Assembly: GCA_000708835.1 (NCBI GenBank)
Contig: DF237008.1
Span: 186,001 to 250,000, forward strand
Origin: Klebsormidium nitens
Lineage: Eukaryota > Plantae > Klebsormidiophyceae
Direction of reading: 5' to 3'
Length of the DNA stretch: 64,000 bases
The notes beneath the pieces are model-generated. The model searched no databases and had not been told where the DNA came from. It worked only from the letters and a program-made list of their open reading frames with translations. Both the position numbers and the translations under genes were made by a program. Below, in pieces: positions 62,701 through 64,000 of this stretch (its first letter is position 1; each line of letters begins with the position of its first letter).

Positions 62701-63643
62701 GTGGACGTACATCTCGGAAACTTATGCGGCCATCGTAGCGGGCAAGTTGATCCAGCCTTCCCGGATCCTCTTTCTGACAATCTGGTGTTTCCTCTTCCAA
62801 TCTCGACGTCGAAAGCTCAGATCCCCGTGCCTGAATGTTGCTCACAGTTTCGCAGCATGATGCACAACAGTGTGATTGGGCTTCAACTCAAACCGCTATC
62901 AGCTTATACGGCTTGTTTCGGTCGCCAGAAAGGCGTCGACAGTGTGTCATCTGTGGCACAGCAGAAGCAGAAAGCGACATGGCCTTCCTCGGATTCTGAA
63001 GCCAACAAAGCGACGTTCAAAACACTCTTCCGCCCACATTTCGCTTGCCCCGCGGCCGTCACAGGCGAACTTGGTTTTGGTCGTGGCGCATTTTCAGAAG
63101 AAAGCTCACAAACATCTTAAGGAAGTAATTTGAATTACCGTCAATCTGCAAGCAAGAAGAAAAACCTCGGTCCTGAAGGAAATACCTGACGGTCGACTGG
63201 CGGAACGAAAGCACTCCATCAATCAAGCCATACAGCGAGTCCGCTCTGTCTTGATCGCAGGTGACTTCGGATTCTGTGGCCGGAAAGATGACGACGTCGG
63301 GCCTTTCAGCCAGAGTGCGGATCGCGATTGGTGCGACGCGTGGCTCTCGGGTCGGCACCCGGGGGAACCCCCCGTGGACGAAAAGAACAGTTCACAAGCA
63401 GCGGAAGGGCAATCGGGGGATACTTCCCGAGCAGTTGACTCTCGGTGGGCGGTTGGAGGGAAAACGTTAAGCCGCCCAGATCGTATCTATACCCGGTCCT
63501 CACAGTTTGTGATCAAAAGCGCAAGGACTTTCAGGGTTAGCGGGTCGGACTTGTTTCAGCACTTCGAGGTCGTGGTAGACGTACACGTGGACCCGTCGAG
63601 AGCCGTCGATGACTGGGAAAGGCTGGAAACGCCTGGGCGGTGA
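59762..63643 (+). CDS. MJ1316 (DUF504) RNA-end recognition domain fused to an EEP/TDP2-like phosphoesterase domain, 449 aa, 5 exons
   Basis: Exons 59762-60162, 61198-61280, 61745-61902, 62417-62741, 63261-63643 (last intron GC-AG), phase-compatible. MJ1316 motifs TSKQVYD.V...YHDR...GDVPWHRVWFF..NG.VFWDR.RR. EEP-like motifs LDADVIMLQ, IVAGDF, D.W, RPDRIY, terminal H. Confidence 0.8.
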
Positions 63644-64000
63644 AGCTTGGAAACAGTCCTACTTTGAGTTGGCTGCGCATATGAAGCCGCCAGCAGTGTT
63701 CATTGTCATCTCGTCAAGAAGAGAGCCTGGCAAACGTGATGGGTATTAAACGTGGCGACGTTGCTTCCACTGAATGTTCGTCCACCGCCCAATGATAAAG
63801 TTATGCTTGATGGCGTCTGAGTATGCGCTGGCCCGAAGTAGGCAAAGTCTCATGCAAATAAGAGGGGACTTGCAGCTTGTCGCAACTAGTAACTTGTAGT
63901 CACGATCAGACGTGTCATCGACAACAAGCGTGCGCTTCGATACTCGCCACACACCAAAACTCGGATATGTTTGTAATTTAGAATGAGACATGAGGCAGTG

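Overview
Eukaryotic, intron-rich nuclear DNA. It combines land-plant-type genes (PLATZ, SKIP8, IDM1-like, GT61) with a ciliary gene (EFHB/FAP21), which suggests a flagellate-forming streptophyte alga such as Klebsormidium (inference). I reconstructed ten genes by hand from splice sites and reading-frame phase: a 7-exon GT61 glycosyltransferase (-), CRD1/CHL27 (-), EFHB/FAP21 (+), a small G/Q/Y-rich protein (-), a small hydrophilic protein (+), F-box SKIP8 (-), a ~1890-aa IDM1-like PHD/GNAT chromatin protein (+), a PLATZ factor (+), a 79-aa basic protein (-) and an MJ1316-EEP fusion (+). 0-1.3 kb and ~9.9-16.3 kb hold decayed tyrosine-recombinase elements (Crypton-like and DIRS-like). Most unusual points: (1) the IDM1-like stop codon overlaps the PLATZ start codon (ATGA) with no intergenic DNA; (2) 3' splice sites are repeatedly duplicated, as two tandem arrays of acceptor plus exon start in EFHB introns and a 165-bp insertion whose 9-bp flanking direct repeat copies a GT61 acceptor; (3) there are islands dominated by single short motifs (CATG downstream of gene 3' ends, GTAC, TTCGGA at ~11-bp spacing, AACC/GGTT). 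I found no rRNA, tRNA or CRISPR array. All homology calls come from recalled motifs; no database search was run.
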